DNA from: Acidobacteriota bacterium
Lineage (GTDB): Bacteria; Acidobacteriota; Blastocatellia; Pyrinomonadales; Pyrinomonadaceae
DNA: 37,483 nt
Assembly (NCBI GenBank): GCA_020201365.1
Contig: JAIVGV010000277.1
Coordinates: 1-37,483, forward strand
Direction: 5' to 3'
Within the stretch, counting starts at the first letter, position 1, and every line of letters starts with the position of its first letter. The position numbers and the translations under genes were made by a program. The notes under the pieces were generated by a model. That model was given only the letters and a program-made list of their open reading frames with translations, did not search any database and was not told where the DNA came from. This document shows positions 1 through 8,540 of this stretch, piece by piece.

Positions 1-77
1 ATAGGGGCTAGGGGTTGGGGAAGAGAAAACTTCTGCGCCCTTAATCCCCAAACCCCCAGCCCCTAACCCCCAACCCC
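1..77. repeat. Heptad-built imperfect inverted repeat: TAGGGGN x3 (2-22) facing NNNCCCC x5 (43-77). The left arm is probably truncated by the window edge.
   Basis: Read directly: taggggc/taggggt/tggggaa, then a 20-nt spacer, then aatcccc/aaacccc/cagcccc/taacccc/caacccc. It ends 7 nt before the ATG at 84. Confidence 0.6.
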
Positions 78-83
78 TGACTC

Positions 84-1412
84 ATGTCAGCGCGCATCAT
101 CTCCGTCCGTCTGGACGCCGCGTGGCGGCGGGCGCTGCTCGTCGTGCCGGTCGCCTTCGTCGTCGTCGTCGCGTGGCTCGGCGTGCGCTGGTGCTTCGCC
201 GACGAGATCGCGCAGTGGGTTCCCGACCGCGACGCGGCGCTCTTGGCGGAGCGCTGGGCGCCCGACGATCCGCAGGCGCAGTACACGCTCGCCAAGATGA
301 GCGAGCTGACCTTCGAGCCCGACGCGCTCGCCGAAGCCGCCGCGCGCTACGAGCGCGCCGCCGCGCTCTCGCCCAACGACTACCGACTCTGGCTCGAGCT
401 CGGCCGCGCGCGCGGTCTCAACGGCGACTCGGCGGGCAGCGAAGCGGCGCTGCGGCGCGCCGTCGCCCTCGCGCCGACGTACCCCGAGCCGCGCTGGTAT
501 CTCGGAAACCTGCTGCTGCGCGAGGGGCGCGACGAGGAGGCGTTCGCCGAACTCAGGCGCGCGGGCGACGTGAGCCCGGACGTTTACCGCCCGCAGATGT
601 TCAACCTCGCGTGGACGGTCTTCGACGGCGACGTGCGCAAGGTGCTCGACACCGTGGGCGACTCCCCGTCGGCGCGCGGCGGCTTCATCGAATACCTCGT
701 CGGGCGCAAGTACCTCGACGACGCGCTCAAGCTCTGGCGCGCGCTCGGCGCGGACGCGCAGCGCGCGCAGTCAGCCTCCGGCGGCAGGCTCCTCGGCGCG
801 CTCGCCGAAGCGCGCCGCTATCACGACGCGCTCGCGGTCGAGCGCGATCTGCTCGCCGCGTCCGACGAGTCGCAGCTTCGTCCGTCGGACATCGCCGTCG
901 GTCAGATCACGAACGGCGGCTTCGAGTCGGGCGTCTCCGCGCCGGGCGCCGTCCTCTTCGACTGGCAGATCGCGCCTCTGCCCGGCGCGCAGATGAGCCT
1001 CGACACGCGCTCGCCCCACGACGGCGCGCGCTCGCTGCGCGTCTCCTTCGAGGCGTCCGACAACGTGAACTTCCGCAACGTCGGGCAGCTCGTCGCCGTC
1101 GAGCCGCAGTCGCGCTACCGCCTGGAGTTCTACGTCCGCACGCAGGACTTGAAGAGCGCCTCGACGGTCATGGTGGCCGTCGCCGACGCGGCAGACCCCG
1201 AACACCCGCTCGCCGCGACGCAGACGCTCCCGCTCGGCACGGCGGACTGGCGGCAGACCACTCTGGAATTTTCGACCGGCGCGAAGACCGAGGGCGTCGT
1301 CGTGAGCGTCGAGCGCCCGGCGTGCGACTCGCCGCTCTGTCCCATCTTCGGCAAAGTTTGGTATGACGACTTCAACCTCCAACGCCTCGGCGCCCCCGCG
1401 CCCAGCCGCTGA
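84..1412 (+). CDS. Membrane-anchored TPR-repeat protein with a C-terminal carbohydrate-binding (CBM4_9-like jelly-roll) domain
   Basis: N-terminal hydrophobic anchor (LLVVPVAFVVVVAWLGV). TPR-like helical repeats (AARYERAAALSPNDYRLWLELGRA...). The C-terminal ~150 aa starts ITNGGFESG and ends KVWYDDFNL, typical of CBM-like beta-sandwich modules. High GC3 in this frame. Confidence 0.6.
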   Translation: MSARIISVRLDAAWRRALLVVPVAFVVVVAWLGVRWCFADEIAQWVPDRDAALLAERWAPDDPQAQYTLAKMSELTFEPDALAEAAARYERAAALSPNDYRLWLELGRARGLNGDSAGSEAALRRAVALAPTYPEPRWYLGNLLLREGRDEEAFAELRRAGDVSPDVYRPQMFNLAWTVFDGDVRKVLDTVGDSPSARGGFIEYLVGRKYLDDALKLWRALGADAQRAQSASGGRLLGALAEARRYHDALAVERDLLAASDESQLRPSDIAVGQITNGGFESGVSAPGAVLFDWQIAPLPGAQMSLDTRSPHDGARSLRVSFEASDNVNFRNVGQLVAVEPQSRYRLEFYVRTQDLKSASTVMVAVADAADPEHPLAATQTLPLGTADWRQTTLEFSTGAKTEGVVVSVERPACDSPLCPIFGKVWYDDFNLQRLGAPAPSR

Positions 1413-1440
1413 CGACGCGACGCGCTCGAGCGCGGTTGTC

Positions 1441-2901
1441 ATGCCGCACGAGCCGACGCGCGCGAGCCGCCTCGTCATCCTCGTGCTGCTCGCGGCGGTC
1501 GTGCTCTCCGCACTCGCCTTCGGCACCGTCCACCCGTGGGCGATAGGCGTCTTCGCCGCGGGCGCGTGCCTCGTCGCCGTGCTGTGGGCGTGGGACGCCT
1601 TCGCGTCGCGCGCCTTGCGCGTCAGCCGCAGCCTCCTGCAACTGCCGCTCGCCGGGCTCTTCGTCGTCGGGCTCGTGCAGCTCACGTCTTGGGGGGCGAA
1701 CTCGACCGGCACGGACGCGGGCGGGCTCTCCGTCGCGCCCGCCCGGACGATCTCGCTCGACCCCTTCTCGACGCGCATCGCGCTCGTGCAGATCGGCGCG
1801 CTCCTCATCTACTTCGCCGCCGCGCTCGTCTTCATTGACTCGCCGAAGCGCCTGCGCGCGGTCGTGCGCGCGCTGATGATCTTCGGCGCGGCGCTCGCGC
1901 TCTTCAGCCTGCTGCAGTTCTTCCTCAACCCGACGCAGATCTACTGGGTGCGCCAGCCCGCGCAAGCCATGCCGTTCGGTCCCTTCGTCAACCGGCACCA
2001 CTTCGCGGGCTACATGGAGCTGATGATCGGTCTGCCGCTCGGACTCCTGCTGACCGGCGCGGTGAAAAAAGACTTGCTCCCGCTCTACCTCTTCGCCGCG
2101 CTCATCATGGCGATCGCGCTCGTCGCGACGGGCTCGCGCGGCGGCATGTTGAGCCTGACGGCGGAGGTCTTATTCCTGATCGCGGTCGCGGCGTTCGCGC
2201 GCGTGCGGCGGGCGGCGCGCAAGGACGCGGCGGCGGGCGAGTCTTCTTCGTCGTCGGGCGCGCGCGGCGCGCTGGCGCGCGCGGCGCTGCAGCTCGCGGT
2301 CGCGGCGGTGCTGCTCGTCGGCGTGCTGCTCTACATCGGCGAGGGCCTGCTGAGCCACACGCTGAGCGCGTTCCTCTCCGACAACGTGACGACGAACCGC
2401 GTCCTCTTCTGGCAGGGCGCGAAGGAGATCATCGCCGAGCACCCGTGGATCGGCGCGGGGCTCGGCTCGTTCGGCGTCGCCTTCACGCGCCACGACCCCT
2501 TGAACGGCGTGGCGCGCTTGGAGCAGGCGCACAACGACTACCTGCAGGTGCTCTCGGACGCCGGGGCGGTCGGAGGCCTCCTCGCGCTCGTCTTCCTCGT
2601 CGCCTTCCTGCGCGGCGCCTTCGCGCGCGTCACCTCCTACGACAAGTTCCGGCGCGGCGTCGCGGTCGGGGCGCTCGGCGGCTGCGCCGGGATTTTAGTG
2701 CACAGCTTCTTCGACTTCCCGCTGCACATGACCTCGACGGCGCTGCTCTTCCTCGTCTTCGCCGCGCTCGCCACGCTCGACTCGCGCGTCGAGGAGCACG
2801 CGGGGACGCGGCGCCGACGCCGACGCCGCTCGCACCGCACGCAGGACGCCGTCGCGGCGACCGCCGCGCACAAGGAGGCGAGGGAAGAAGTCGCCGCTTG
2901 A
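1441..2901 (+). CDS. O-antigen ligase / Wzy_C-family polytopic membrane protein (polymerase or ligase)
   Basis: Multiple TM helices, TGSRGG motif, WIGAGLGSF and [17 protein letters not shown] motifs typical of Wzy_C. Start is uncertain: ATG 1441 is preferred, while the alternative ATG 1363 would overlap the upstream gene by 50 nt. Confidence 0.75.
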   Translation: MPHEPTRASRLVILVLLAAVVLSALAFGTVHPWAIGVFAAGACLVAVLWAWDAFASRALRVSRSLLQLPLAGLFVVGLVQLTSWGANSTGTDAGGLSVAPARTISLDPFSTRIALVQIGALLIYFAAALVFIDSPKRLRAVVRALMIFGAALALFSLLQFFLNPTQIYWVRQPAQAMPFGPFVNRHHFAGYMELMIGLPLGLLLTGAVKKDLLPLYLFAALIMAIALVATGSRGGMLSLTAEVLFLIAVAAFARVRRAARKDAAAGESSSSSGARGALARAALQLAVAAVLLVGVLLYIGEGLLSHTLSAFLSDNVTTNRVLFWQGAKEIIAEHPWIGAGLGSFGVAFTRHDPLNGVARLEQAHNDYLQVLSDAGAVGGLLALVFLVAFLRGAFARVTSYDKFRRGVAVGALGGCAGILVHSFFDFPLHMTSTALLFLVFAALATLDSRVEEHAGTRRRRRRRSHRTQDAVAATAAHKEAREEVAA

Positions 2902-2927
2902 CGATCTGGCTGAGACGAAGGAGGGGG

Positions 2928-3887
2928 ATGAGAGTTCTGGTCACCGGCGGCGCGGGCTTCATCGGCTCGCACCTGTGCGAGCGGCTGCTCGCGTCGGGGC
3001 ACGACGTGCTCTGCCTCGACAACTTCTTCACGGGGCGGCGCGAGAACGTCGCGCACCTGCTCAATGAGCCGCGCTTCGAGCTGCTGCGCCACGACGTGAT
3101 CGAGCCGATCCTCTTAGAGGTGGATCAAATCTACAACCTCGCCTGCCCCGCCTCGCCCGTCCACTACCAGTACAACCCCGTCAAGACCGTCAAGACGAGC
3201 GTCATGGGCATGATCAACATGCTCGGTCTCGCCAAGCGCGTCCGCGCGCGGATACTCCAAGCGTCAACGTCGGAAGTCTACGGCGATCCGGAAGTCCACC
3301 CGCAGACGGAAGACTACTGGGGTCACGTCAACTGCATCGGCATTCGTTCATGCTACGACGAGGGGAAGCGCATCGCCGAGACGCTGATGATGGACTACCA
3401 CCGGCAGAACCGCGTGGACATACGCATCGCGCGCATCTTCAACACCTACGGACCGCGGATGCTTGAGAACGACGGGCGCGTCGTCTCGAACTTCGTCGTG
3501 CAGGCGCTCAAAGGCGAAGAGCTGACGCTCTACGGGACGGGCGCGCAGACGCGCTCCTTCTGCTACGTGGACGATCTCGTCGAGGCGCTCGTGCGGCTGA
3601 TGAACGTCGCCGGCGCGCCCGAAGGCTTGAGCGTCAACGAGCCCGTGAACCTCGGCAACCCCGGCGAGTTCACCATCAAGCAGCTCGCCGAAGAGGTCGC
3701 GCGCCTCTGCGATCGCGAGGTCGAGATCAAATACTGCCCGCTCCCGCAGGACGATCCCAAGCAAAGACAGCCCGACATCACGCGCGCGCAGCGACTCCTC
3801 GGCTGGTCGCCCACCATCCCCCTGCGCGAAGGCTTGCGGAAGACGATTGACTACTTCGCCGAGCGCGTCAAAAGCAGTGACGAGTGA
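2928..3887 (+). CDS. uxs: UDP-glucuronate decarboxylase (UDP-xylose synthase), SDR family
   Basis: [20 protein letters not shown] Rossmann start, [65 protein letters not shown] catalytic region, NDGRVVSNF. Collinear with UXS enzymes as recalled. The ORF-track N-terminal extension (from 2445) overlaps the previous gene and is discarded. RBS-like GGAGGGGG lies upstream. Confidence 0.92.
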   Translation: MRVLVTGGAGFIGSHLCERLLASGHDVLCLDNFFTGRRENVAHLLNEPRFELLRHDVIEPILLEVDQIYNLACPASPVHYQYNPVKTVKTSVMGMINMLGLAKRVRARILQASTSEVYGDPEVHPQTEDYWGHVNCIGIRSCYDEGKRIAETLMMDYHRQNRVDIRIARIFNTYGPRMLENDGRVVSNFVVQALKGEELTLYGTGAQTRSFCYVDDLVEALVRLMNVAGAPEGLSVNEPVNLGNPGEFTIKQLAEEVARLCDREVEIKYCPLPQDDPKQRQPDITRAQRLLGWSPTIPLREGLRKTIDYFAERVKSSDE

Positions 3888-3952
3888 CGGGCGGCGGGTG
3901 ACAAGTAAGAGCAAGCGGTGTTGCTTGTCACTCGCCGCCCGTCACTCGTCAC
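3877..3952 (+). repeat. 29-bp near-perfect inverted repeat (18-nt loop) whose arms are heptads GTGACGA/GTGACGG/GCGGCGG/GTGACAA. Spans the uxs stop codon; a candidate stem-loop or terminator without a U-tract.
   Basis: Left arm 3877-3905, right arm 3924-3952. The single mismatch becomes a G-U pair in the plus-strand RNA. The mirror-image peptide [11 protein letters not shown] appears in ORFs on both strands. Confidence 0.7.
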
Positions 3953-3962
3953 TAACAAGAAG

Positions 3963-5816
3963 ATGTCTGAGCCTGCCTACTTCCCGCCCGGCGCGCCGCG
4001 GACGCTGCCCGCCCTGTGCCTGACGGCGCTCGCGCGCCACGCGAAGCCCGACGCGCTCAATCACAAGGAGGGCGGCGAGTGGCGGCACGTTTCGGGCGCG
4101 CAGTTCGTCGCGCGCGTGCGCGCGGTGGCGCGCGGGCTTGAGTCGCTCGGGGTCAGACGCGGCGACCGCGTCGCGCTGCTCTCGGAGAACCGCCCCGAAT
4201 GGTCTGTCGCAGACCTCGCCGTCCTCAGCCTCGGCGCGGCGAACGTCCCCATCTACACCACGCAGGCGGTCGAGCAGGTGCGCCACATCCTCGCCGACTC
4301 GCAGTCGCGCGTGCTGCTCGTCTCGAACCGCAAGGTCTTCCGCCACGCGCGCGCGGGGGTAGAGGGCGCGGGCGTCGTCGAGCGCGTCGTCTTCTTCGAC
4401 GCCGACTCCGCCGCCGAGGTCGAAGGCGCGACGACGCTCGCGGAGATCGAGCGCGCGGGCGCGGGCTTGGACGCCGAAGCGCCTGACGTCTTCGACGAGA
4501 GTGTCGCGGCGCTAGAGTCGGACGATCTCGCGACGATCATCTACACCTCAGGCACGACGGGCGAGCCCAAAGGGGTGATGCTCACGCACCACAGCTTCGT
4601 CTCGAACGTCTATGCGATCACGTCGGCGCTCCCCGTCCGCACGACCGACGTCACGCTCTCGGTGCTCCCGCTCTCGCACATCTTCGAGCGCGCCGCCTTC
4701 TACGTCTTCTGCTGGAACGGCATGGCTGTCCACTACGCGCCTTCGGTCGATCAGCTCGCGGAATGTTTACGCGAGGTGCGCCCGACCGTGATGACCGCCG
4801 TGCCGCGACTCTTCGAGAAGGTCTATCACCGCATCGTCAAGAAGGGGCAGTCGGCGCATGGCTGGCGGCGCAAACTCTTCTACTGGGCGATGGAGGTGGG
4901 GCGTCGCCACGCGGAAGTTTGTGATCGGCGCGAACAAGTCCCGCCGCTCCTCGAACTGCAGCACGACGTCGCGAGCCGCCTCGTCTTCTCGAAGTGGCGC
5001 GAGGGCGTGGGCGGTCGCCTGCGCTTCTTCGTCTCGGGCGGCGCGCCGCTCTCGCCCGCGCTCTCGTATGCGTTCACCGCCTCGGGCATCCCGATCCTGC
5101 AAGGCTACGGCATGACCGAGACGTGCATCACTTCGGCGAACCGACCGGAAGACAACAAGGTCGGCTCGGTCGGCGTGCCGTTCCCCGGCATCGAGATGAA
5201 GATCGGCGAGGGCGGCGAGATACTCGTCAAAGGTCCGAACGTGATGCGCGGCTACTACAACAAGCCCGGAGAGACGCGCGCCGCGTTCACCGAGGACGGA
5301 TGGTTCAAGACGGGCGACGTCGGCTACGAGGACGAGCGCGGGCACTTCTTCATCACCGACAGGATGAAGGAGCTGTTCAAACTCTCGAACGGCAAGTACG
5401 TCGCGCCGCAGCAGATCGAGAGTCTCATCAAGCAGAGCGGGCTCGTCAGTCAAGTCGTCGTCGTCGGCGCCGGTCGCAAAGCCCCGGCGGCGCTCGTCGT
5501 GCCCGAATGGGAGGCGCTGCGCGGCGCACTCGCGGCGGAAGGGAAGTCGGACGGCGGCGGCGGTCGCTTCGGCAGAGACGAGCGCGCGAAGCTGGCGCGC
5601 GACCCCGCGGCGTTGCGCGTGGTGCAGCGCGAGGTCGCGCAGTTGACCGCCGGGCTTCACGACTACGAGCGCGTGCGCCGCGTCGCGCTGCTCGCCGAGG
5701 AGTTCTCGATTGACGGCGGCGAGATGACGCCGACGCTCAAGATCAAGCGGCGCGTCGTGGACGAAAAGTTCGCCGCGCTGATCGAGGAGCTGTACGACGG
5801 CGCGGCGAAGGACTAG
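3963..5816 (+). CDS. Long-chain acyl-CoA synthetase (AMP-forming, FAA1/FadD-like)
   Basis: AMP-binding signature IIYTSGTTGEPKGVMLTH, GYGMTET, TGD...DRMKELFKLSNGKYVAP, and TPTLKIKRR near the C-terminus. Start moved to ATG 3963 because 3918-3962 lies in the right hairpin arm. Confidence 0.85.
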   Translation: MSEPAYFPPGAPRTLPALCLTALARHAKPDALNHKEGGEWRHVSGAQFVARVRAVARGLESLGVRRGDRVALLSENRPEWSVADLAVLSLGAANVPIYTTQAVEQVRHILADSQSRVLLVSNRKVFRHARAGVEGAGVVERVVFFDADSAAEVEGATTLAEIERAGAGLDAEAPDVFDESVAALESDDLATIIYTSGTTGEPKGVMLTHHSFVSNVYAITSALPVRTTDVTLSVLPLSHIFERAAFYVFCWNGMAVHYAPSVDQLAECLREVRPTVMTAVPRLFEKVYHRIVKKGQSAHGWRRKLFYWAMEVGRRHAEVCDRREQVPPLLELQHDVASRLVFSKWREGVGGRLRFFVSGGAPLSPALSYAFTASGIPILQGYGMTETCITSANRPEDNKVGSVGVPFPGIEMKIGEGGEILVKGPNVMRGYYNKPGETRAAFTEDGWFKTGDVGYEDERGHFFITDRMKELFKLSNGKYVAPQQIESLIKQSGLVSQVVVVGAGRKAPAALVVPEWEALRGALAAEGKSDGGGGRFGRDERAKLARDPAALRVVQREVAQLTAGLHDYERVRRVALLAEEFSIDGGEMTPTLKIKRRVVDEKFAALIEELYDGAAKD

Positions 5817-5964
5817 CGAAGAAGTTTCGCGGGCGTCGGCGGACGAGTTTCAGAGTCGTCGGGAGTGGGCGCGGGGATTAAGGGCGGGGGAGTTTTGCGA
5901 ACGGGCGGGTGAGTTTGGACAAGGCTCGTTCGGGCGTCGCGCGTCGCGTGCGAATCGGCGCGAG

Positions 5965-6288
5965 TCAGGCGTCGGTGAGCGTCAGATCGTGCGAGTCGTA
6001 GATCGTCTCGACGGCGCGCACGAAGTCGCTCGCGGAGAGCGCGAGCAGGTCTTTGGCGAGCCGATAGAGGTGCCAGGGCATGCGCGCGTGATGGAAGGCG
6101 GGCGCGCCGCGCGGCGGGAACTTCGAGAGTAGTTGTAGCTCCGCGCCGCAGAAGTCGCACGAGGCGAGGTGCTCGGCGACGAGCCGCTCGGCGCGGCGCG
6201 CGAGCGTCGCGCCGTGGTAGCCGAGCAGGACGCGCGAAGAGGGGCAGCTCCTTTGCTTGCGGAATGTAGCTGTGCTGAGCGAACGCAT
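5965..6288 (-). CDS. Small zf-HC2 (H-x3-C-x2-C) anti-sigma-factor-like protein with no TM segment
   Basis: LLGYHGATLARRAERLVAEHLASCDFCGAELQLL fits the putative-zinc-finger anti-sigma N-terminal domain. ATG at 6288 is preceded by GGGAGAAGAG. The ORF-track 5' extension to 6492 has poor coding character. Confidence 0.6.
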   Translation of the reverse strand: MRSLSTATFRKQRSCPSSRVLLGYHGATLARRAERLVAEHLASCDFCGAELQLLSKFPPRGAPAFHHARMPWHLYRLAKDLLALSASDFVRAVETIYDSHDLTLTDA

Positions 6289-6561
6289 GACTCTTCTCCC
6301 TAGAGGTCTCGATTCACGCGAGAGCCGCACGGTGAAGGGGCAACCCGCCGGAAGCGCCACATAACGCGGACAAAGCACAGCACGAAACCAGAGGCAAGCG
6401 CGCGGATGGAAAACGAGTGCGTTCGACTTCGGCTGATATTGGCGCTTCGCTGAACCAACGAAAATAAATCGCCAATACCGTCGCAGTTCCACAACTCGCG
6501 AGCCCCGCCGAAACTATTTTCTCCCGCTTTTTCACGGCTTTGCCGTCGGTGTAAAAAGATG

Positions 6562-6590
6562 TTGCTCAAACCGCGGCTAGTTGTTAATAT
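6562..6590 (+). promoter_or_regulatory. Weak sigma-70-like promoter candidate (TTGCTC-17 nt-TAATAT)
   Basis: Hexamers read directly, in the AT-richest part of the 6289-7164 intergenic region. It would give a ~570-nt leader for the 7165 gene. No other support. Confidence 0.25.
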
Positions 6591-7164
6591 CCTTCTTGGC
6601 GGGAAGCCTTCCGAGAAAGCCGCCCGCCCCCATCTGGTTGACCGCGCCTTTCCCTTCCGCGGTCGTCACAGGCACGGACACCCGGCTGAGACGTTGAAAC
6701 CCACGAACACGAGAGACGCGCGCCTCGCGCCCCACGTCCACCCGAGCGCCGCAATGGGGCAAGCGACTCGCACGGACTCGCCCCCGCACGCCCCTCCCCC
6801 TTAACGCCGCGACCGACGTTCGACCCCCGCATCGTCGCCGAGACAAGTGCACACCGAGCGAAGACAATTATTGCGTTCGACGCCGCTCCTAATGGATAAT
6901 GTGCCGCCACTCTCCCGGCACAGAGGACAGAGCGAGGTTCGTCTGCGAGGCTCGGTTGGTAGGCGAGGGGTACTTCTCACGCGCGCCGTCGCGCCGTTGC
7001 GGGACGTGTCAGTCGCCGCGACGCCGCGAGGTTTTGAGCCCGCTCACGGCGCGGAAAATCAGGAGCACAGAGCGACACCAGCACCCGACGCACCTTGAGT
7101 CAAGGCTCGTGTGCCACTAGCCGGGCGTGACCCGGCGGCTTGCGAGGCGAGCAAGGCGATTACA

Positions 7165-8361
7165 ATGGCTGCCACTTCCGCAGATCACAACCAGCAGACG
7201 AACCACGCGACCGACGCCCCCGACGGCTCGCGCCAACACTCCCGCGCCGCGCGCGCCGCACAGGCGCGCTGGGTCGAGTCCTTGCGCCGCTCCGACGTGA
7301 CCCGCCTCTGGTCGGAGCTTCACCGCCTCGTGTGCAACCACCCGCTCGTGCGCGCCTCGCACAGCGCGGGGCTGCTCGTCGAGGGGGCGGAGCGCGGCAA
7401 CGCCTACGTCGATCTCACGCAGGAGCTGTTCGTCACGCTGCTCGCCAAGGGTCGCTTCCAGCACTACATCGAGTCCGACATGTCGGACGCAGACATCGAG
7501 TGCGAGATCGGGCAGATCGAGCTGACGAATTTACTCACCGCCGAGCTGCGCAAGCGCCACCCCGAATCCTACCGACTCGCGCGCCGCATCTCGACGATCA
7601 TCCAGTCGAGCGCGAACTTCCGCCGCTTCGACTCACTCGGCACCATCGGCACGGACGACGAGCAGCACCGGCGGCTCGCGGATCGCGTCTATGGTCTCTC
7701 CGAGTGGGCTGACGCCAAACCACGCCGCGGCTTGCAGGAACTCGAACAGCGCATCCAGATGATCCCGGTACGCCAGCGCGACACGCGCATGGTCGGCTGC
7801 ACGGGCGACGCGCAGATCATCATCAGCAACTCCGACTTGGAAGATTTGATCGTCTCGGTGCTCGAAGCCTGCGACTCGCCGGTCGACGTGCGGAGCTTGC
7901 GAAGTCTCGTCATGTCGCGCCTGCCCGTGATGGACATCTACCTCGTCCCCTTGGGCGGCGACGACTCGGACGACGGGCGCGTCTTCGAGCCCGTCGACGG
8001 TCGCGAGAACCCGGAGCAGGACTTGCTGCGGCGCGAGTCGGAGAACGCCGCCGCCGGTTACGTTGACAGATTCCTGAAGGGGCTGCACGCGACCGTGCGC
8101 GGCAAGTCCAAGCAGTACGACCGCATCATCGGCGTGCTCTGGCACTGTTATCTGAGCCCCGATCACGTCACGCAGCTCGAAGCCGCCGCGCGGCTCGGCG
8201 TCTCGGACTCCCTGGTCTCAGACTACCGCCGCCGCATCGAGCAGGAGCTGCGCGCGCTCGCCTTCTCCGAGATCGAGCAGGCGCGCCGCTTCGAGATCAG
8301 CTTGCGTGAGCGCGTGCGCGCGCTCGTCGCCGTCGGCGACGAGGAGGGCGTCGCGGTGTGA
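7165..8361 (+). CDS. Hypothetical regulator with a sigma-70 region-4-like C-terminal HTH and a region-2-like N-terminal segment (atypical long sigma-like protein)
   Basis: The C-terminal segment VTQLEAAARLGVSDSLVSDYRRRIEQELRAL resembles a sigma region 4.2 HTH. The N-terminal YVDLTQELFVTLLAKGRF resembles region 2. They are separated by ~230 aa of unassigned sequence. Start set at ATG 7165 (MAATSADHN). Confidence 0.45.
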   Translation: MAATSADHNQQTNHATDAPDGSRQHSRAARAAQARWVESLRRSDVTRLWSELHRLVCNHPLVRASHSAGLLVEGAERGNAYVDLTQELFVTLLAKGRFQHYIESDMSDADIECEIGQIELTNLLTAELRKRHPESYRLARRISTIIQSSANFRRFDSLGTIGTDDEQHRRLADRVYGLSEWADAKPRRGLQELEQRIQMIPVRQRDTRMVGCTGDAQIIISNSDLEDLIVSVLEACDSPVDVRSLRSLVMSRLPVMDIYLVPLGGDDSDDGRVFEPVDGRENPEQDLLRRESENAAAGYVDRFLKGLHATVRGKSKQYDRIIGVLWHCYLSPDHVTQLEAAARLGVSDSLVSDYRRRIEQELRALAFSEIEQARRFEISLRERVRALVAVGDEEGVAV

Positions 8362-8458
8362 AGTTTTCGGCGCGCCGGGGGGCGCGACCGCGGATCGCTT
8401 CCGCCGGTCGCGTTCGACAAAGGCGCGCGCGTGTTGGAAAATACCTGAGCCGTCCGCG

Positions 8459-8499
8459 GGACGGAGGTGGGAGTTGCCCCCCGCCTCCGTCCGACTTTT
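8459..8499 (+). terminator. Rho-independent terminator candidate
   Basis: 13-bp stem GGACGGAGGTGGG (8459-8471) / CCCGCCTCCGTCC (8480-8492) with one G-U pair, followed by GACTTTTA. Confidence 0.6.
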
Positions 8500-8540
8500 A
8501 GTGAGCCGCTAGAGCGCGCGCCGCCGCGCCGAGTGCCGGG

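Noticed and set aside
2445-2927. N-terminal extensions of track ORFs: 2445 for uxs, 3918 for the acyl-CoA synthetase, 6492 for the zf-HC2 gene, 9797 for GT2-Wzx, 22975 for CE4, 24557 for algD, 26570 for the methyltransferase, 27381 for the beta-helix, 30675 for asnB-3, 31751 for the minus-strand GT.
   Set aside because: The extensions overlap upstream genes or hairpin arms and are Arg-rich. Internal starts give canonical family N-termini ([31 protein letters not shown], signal peptides) with RBS-like sequences or 4-nt stop/start overlaps.
5867-5890. G-quadruplex motif GGGCGCGGGGATTAAGGGCGGGGG between the convergent acyl-CoA synthetase and zf-HC2 genes.
   Set aside because: G-tract clusters are expected by chance at this base composition. 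It has no heptad periodicity or inverted partner, and nothing ties it to a function.
6681-6710. TPP-riboswitch-like fragment CCCGGCTGAGAcgttgaaACCCacGAAC in the 6289-7164 leader.
   Set aside because: Only the CUGAGA...ACCC..GAAC part of the pyrimidine-sensor helix is mimicked. The expected CCUGAUCUGGAUAAUGCCAGCG...AGGGA pyrophosphate-sensor half is absent, and the gene context (a regulator) does not fit thiamine metabolism.
6420-6880. GTTCGA(C/N) T-loop-like motifs (about 6421, 6818, 6865) that could hint at tRNA or tmRNA-like genes.
   Set aside because: No flanking 5-bp T-stem complementarity, acceptor stem or anticodon arm could be drawn around any of them.
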